From Isurus oxyrinchus (taxonomy: Eukaryota), in contig JANJGN010000140.1 of assembly GCA_026770705.1 (NCBI GenBank), positions 682,001 through 746,000 of the forward strand: 64,000 nt of DNA, read 5' to 3'. The translations under genes and the position numbers were made by a program. A model generated the notes under the pieces. That model had not been told where the DNA came from. It saw nothing but the letters and a program-made list of their open reading frames with translations, and ran no database searches. This document shows, piece after piece, positions 61,645-64,000 of this stretch. How positions within the stretch are numbered: the first letter of the stretch is position 1; each line of letters begins with the position of its first letter.

Positions 61645-62360
61645 CTGTACAAACATCCAAACAATGAGACACGGGAGCAAGGTGATTGCAGAAAATAAAC
61701 ACTGCGAGTTATTGAGTACAGATCTCGTATCTACAAGTTAGCAGCACCAGAATGACGAGTGGTACAGTCACTGCATCCCTGCAGTTCAGATAGCAATAGG
61801 AAAACGACACACAACTCACATCAGGAGAACAAGAACTGAGGGAAACACATTGAATAGTCTAATTAATATCAGAGCCACCCTGTTAAATTTTCAGTCAGGT
61901 GGGCTTTCTGCTTTTGGATTGGTTGGAAATGGGCATTCTTCACTCACGACGTAATATTGTTGATTGTCTGCTTCCTTCACCCGCGGTTAGTTGTCTAAAG
62001 ATCAGCACGTGCCTCTTATACTTGTGGAGGGTAGTGAGGGGAACAGAATCTCTTTGGGATGGTGACCATTGAAAGGGATTTTTATGGCGCCGTAAGTTTG
62101 AATACAGTAAAAATTATTTCCGACAGAATAGGTGGAGCATGTTTAACTCTACCGCGCAGAGCAGTAAAAATACTCAGCTCAGCCTGAATAACTGCTTTGT
62201 TCTAGGATGAATTGAGATGTACAACCACATGCCATAAAAGAGTATGTATATTCAGGACAGTCTGAACAACCTGTTGAGCATAGATGTGCAACAATATGTG
62301 AGTCAAAACATTTCGGAGAGCAGGTAGATGCGTTGAGATTGTCTGATAGGAGCCTGCAGT

Positions 62361-62803
62361 AGATATTGTATTGAAGCACTCAGGCTTTGTCTCACAGTGC
62401 TTCGTTGCACAGTGATACACTCCAGCGTCTGACACCACGGTTCTGCCAATACTGAGAATGTTATAACTTCTTGTTGGGTCAATAAAGAGAGTGAACCGCC
62501 CGTCACTGGAGTTTCTGCTGATAGCAGATAGTATAAATTTCGGGCCACGGCCTTCTAGTTGTCTGTACCAGTGGGTGGTCTGCGTACCTCTTGTCGTTGC
62601 GTTGCACCAAATTTCAATCGATTGTCCCACTTGTGCAAACATCTGCTGTGGTTGGTGAATCGCAGCCTCTCTGCCGATCACAGTTGAGAATGAAGGACAG
62701 GGAAAAGAGAAACAAAGAAATAGCAAAAAAAAGTTGTAACACCGATTTTCAGCACAAAACACTCACCTAAAATCAATAAATTGAAAGTCACTATTTCACT
62801 CAT
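62361..62803 (-). CDS. TCRAD V, open frame but acceptor mutated (leader 62767-62803, exon 62400-62683)
   Basis: MSEIVTFNLLIL|AVIGREAAIHQPQ..IEIWCNAT..HWYRQLEGRGPKFIL..VVSDAGVYHCATK. Acceptor is CAA, not CAG. RSS CACTGTG-23-ACAATATCT. Confidence 0.8.
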
Positions 62804-63499
62804 TGTGTTTTCCTGGATTTTGGGCGGTGGAATTGGAATATTACAGGAAAATCGATTTAGTTTGGAATGATTCTGATATGCAATCGATTATGTTATTTCC
62901 TGCTTGGTATGAAGGCAAGTGCCTCTTATCTACTCACCGAGGGAAGGGGAACCATCCAACGATGCGATTTTCCCTGACACGCCCTCTGGGGGCCTTGTTT
63001 CTCATTACTTGACACCAAACAACGGTGCCCTCTGAGAACAAGCAGAACATTTTGACATGGTAAGTCAGAAGCTTGTCCTTTGACAATATTGGGCCTGGAG
63101 TGAAATTCACCCTAGACTGAGTGCAATAGTGACCTTTGATGGGAACCGATTAGGTCAACGGCACAGACAATGGCCTTTCACCAGCACCGATTTGGTTCGA
63201 AACCCAATGGAGACACAAATTAGGGGCATATATTTTCTGACGGGGAATGGGCTCATCAGTTCTGCGAACTGGTATGTTCCTGCATTCAAATCGAAGCAAT
63301 GAATCGAGTAAAGCAGCATATGGCCTTGGGTGCAGACTGTTTTAACTTTTACACTGTGGTTTTGGGGCTTGTTGTTGTAGTAGAGCCCTGCACCCATGTG
63401 GCACAGATTGCAGTGGCTACAAAGGCACAGGATGAACGGTCACCCAATCCAGTTTAATCTCCCGGCAATGATATGCAATGGAAATATTTTCAACGCAAC

Positions 63500-63905
63500 A
63501 CAAGCCACCGACGCACCAAACGGGTTAATACTTGTTTTTAAACGAAGCCATGGTCACTGCAGGACTTGAATACAAAGTCAAGGCTGCAAATCCTGTATAT
63601 TACTGAGAGATTCGTTCACTATCTGAGATGCCATCTTTCGGGCAAAGCTTCAAATAGAGGTCCCAGCTGTCATTTCTGGTGGATATAATTGAACTCCTGG
63701 CAGCATTCTGAAGAAGGGAAATTATCCCCAATGTCCTGGACAATGTTTATTCCTCACTCAACACCATAATTAGAAATTAGCTGGTCATTATCACATTACT
63801 GCTGGTGGAATCTTGCTGTGCACATTCTGGCTACAAAGTTTCTTATACGGCAACAGCAGCTACAGTTCAAAACTGCTTCAGTGGCTGTAAAGCACTTTGA
63901 GAGAT
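63500..63905 (+). mobile_element. Deu-domain SINE (SacSINE1-like)
   Basis: CTGGTCATTATCACATT.CTG.TGGTGGAATCTTGCTGTGCAC..GGCTGTAAAGCACTTTG. Confidence 0.7.
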
Positions 63906-64000
63906 CCATTGCTCACGAAACAAGGAATGACATAGGGGAAATGACTGATGGAGGGATGGAGACAGCAACACAGAAAGAGATACTGGGAGAAAGACCGAGG

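Overview
This is vertebrate genomic DNA, almost certainly elasmobranch (shark or ray), from the T-cell receptor alpha/delta (TCRAD) variable-segment region. It has four N gaps (10082-10221, 19846-19999, 40376-40537, 51612-51747). The left 18.7 kb holds two NAR-TCR cassettes, each an IgNAR-like V, D and J followed by a leaderless 'supporting' TCRdelta V with a CDR1 Cys. They form an inverted duplication pointing towards each other. Between them lie an orphan TCRdelta-type J, an octamer/WGCW-rich minisatellite and a further V with no visible leader. In the + strand cassette the NAR V appears already fused to its D in the germline. The remaining ~45 kb is an array of TCRalpha/delta V segments on both strands: three look intact (27.9, 55.3, 57.8 kb), one is an ORF with a mutated acceptor (62.4 kb) and the rest are pseudogenes or fragments. 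CR1 and HER1-like LINEs, HE1-like and Deu-domain SINEs, a perfect-hairpin element, minisatellites and segmental duplications are interspersed. I recognised no TCR constant exon. All calls come from manual translation and motif reading; no database search was run.
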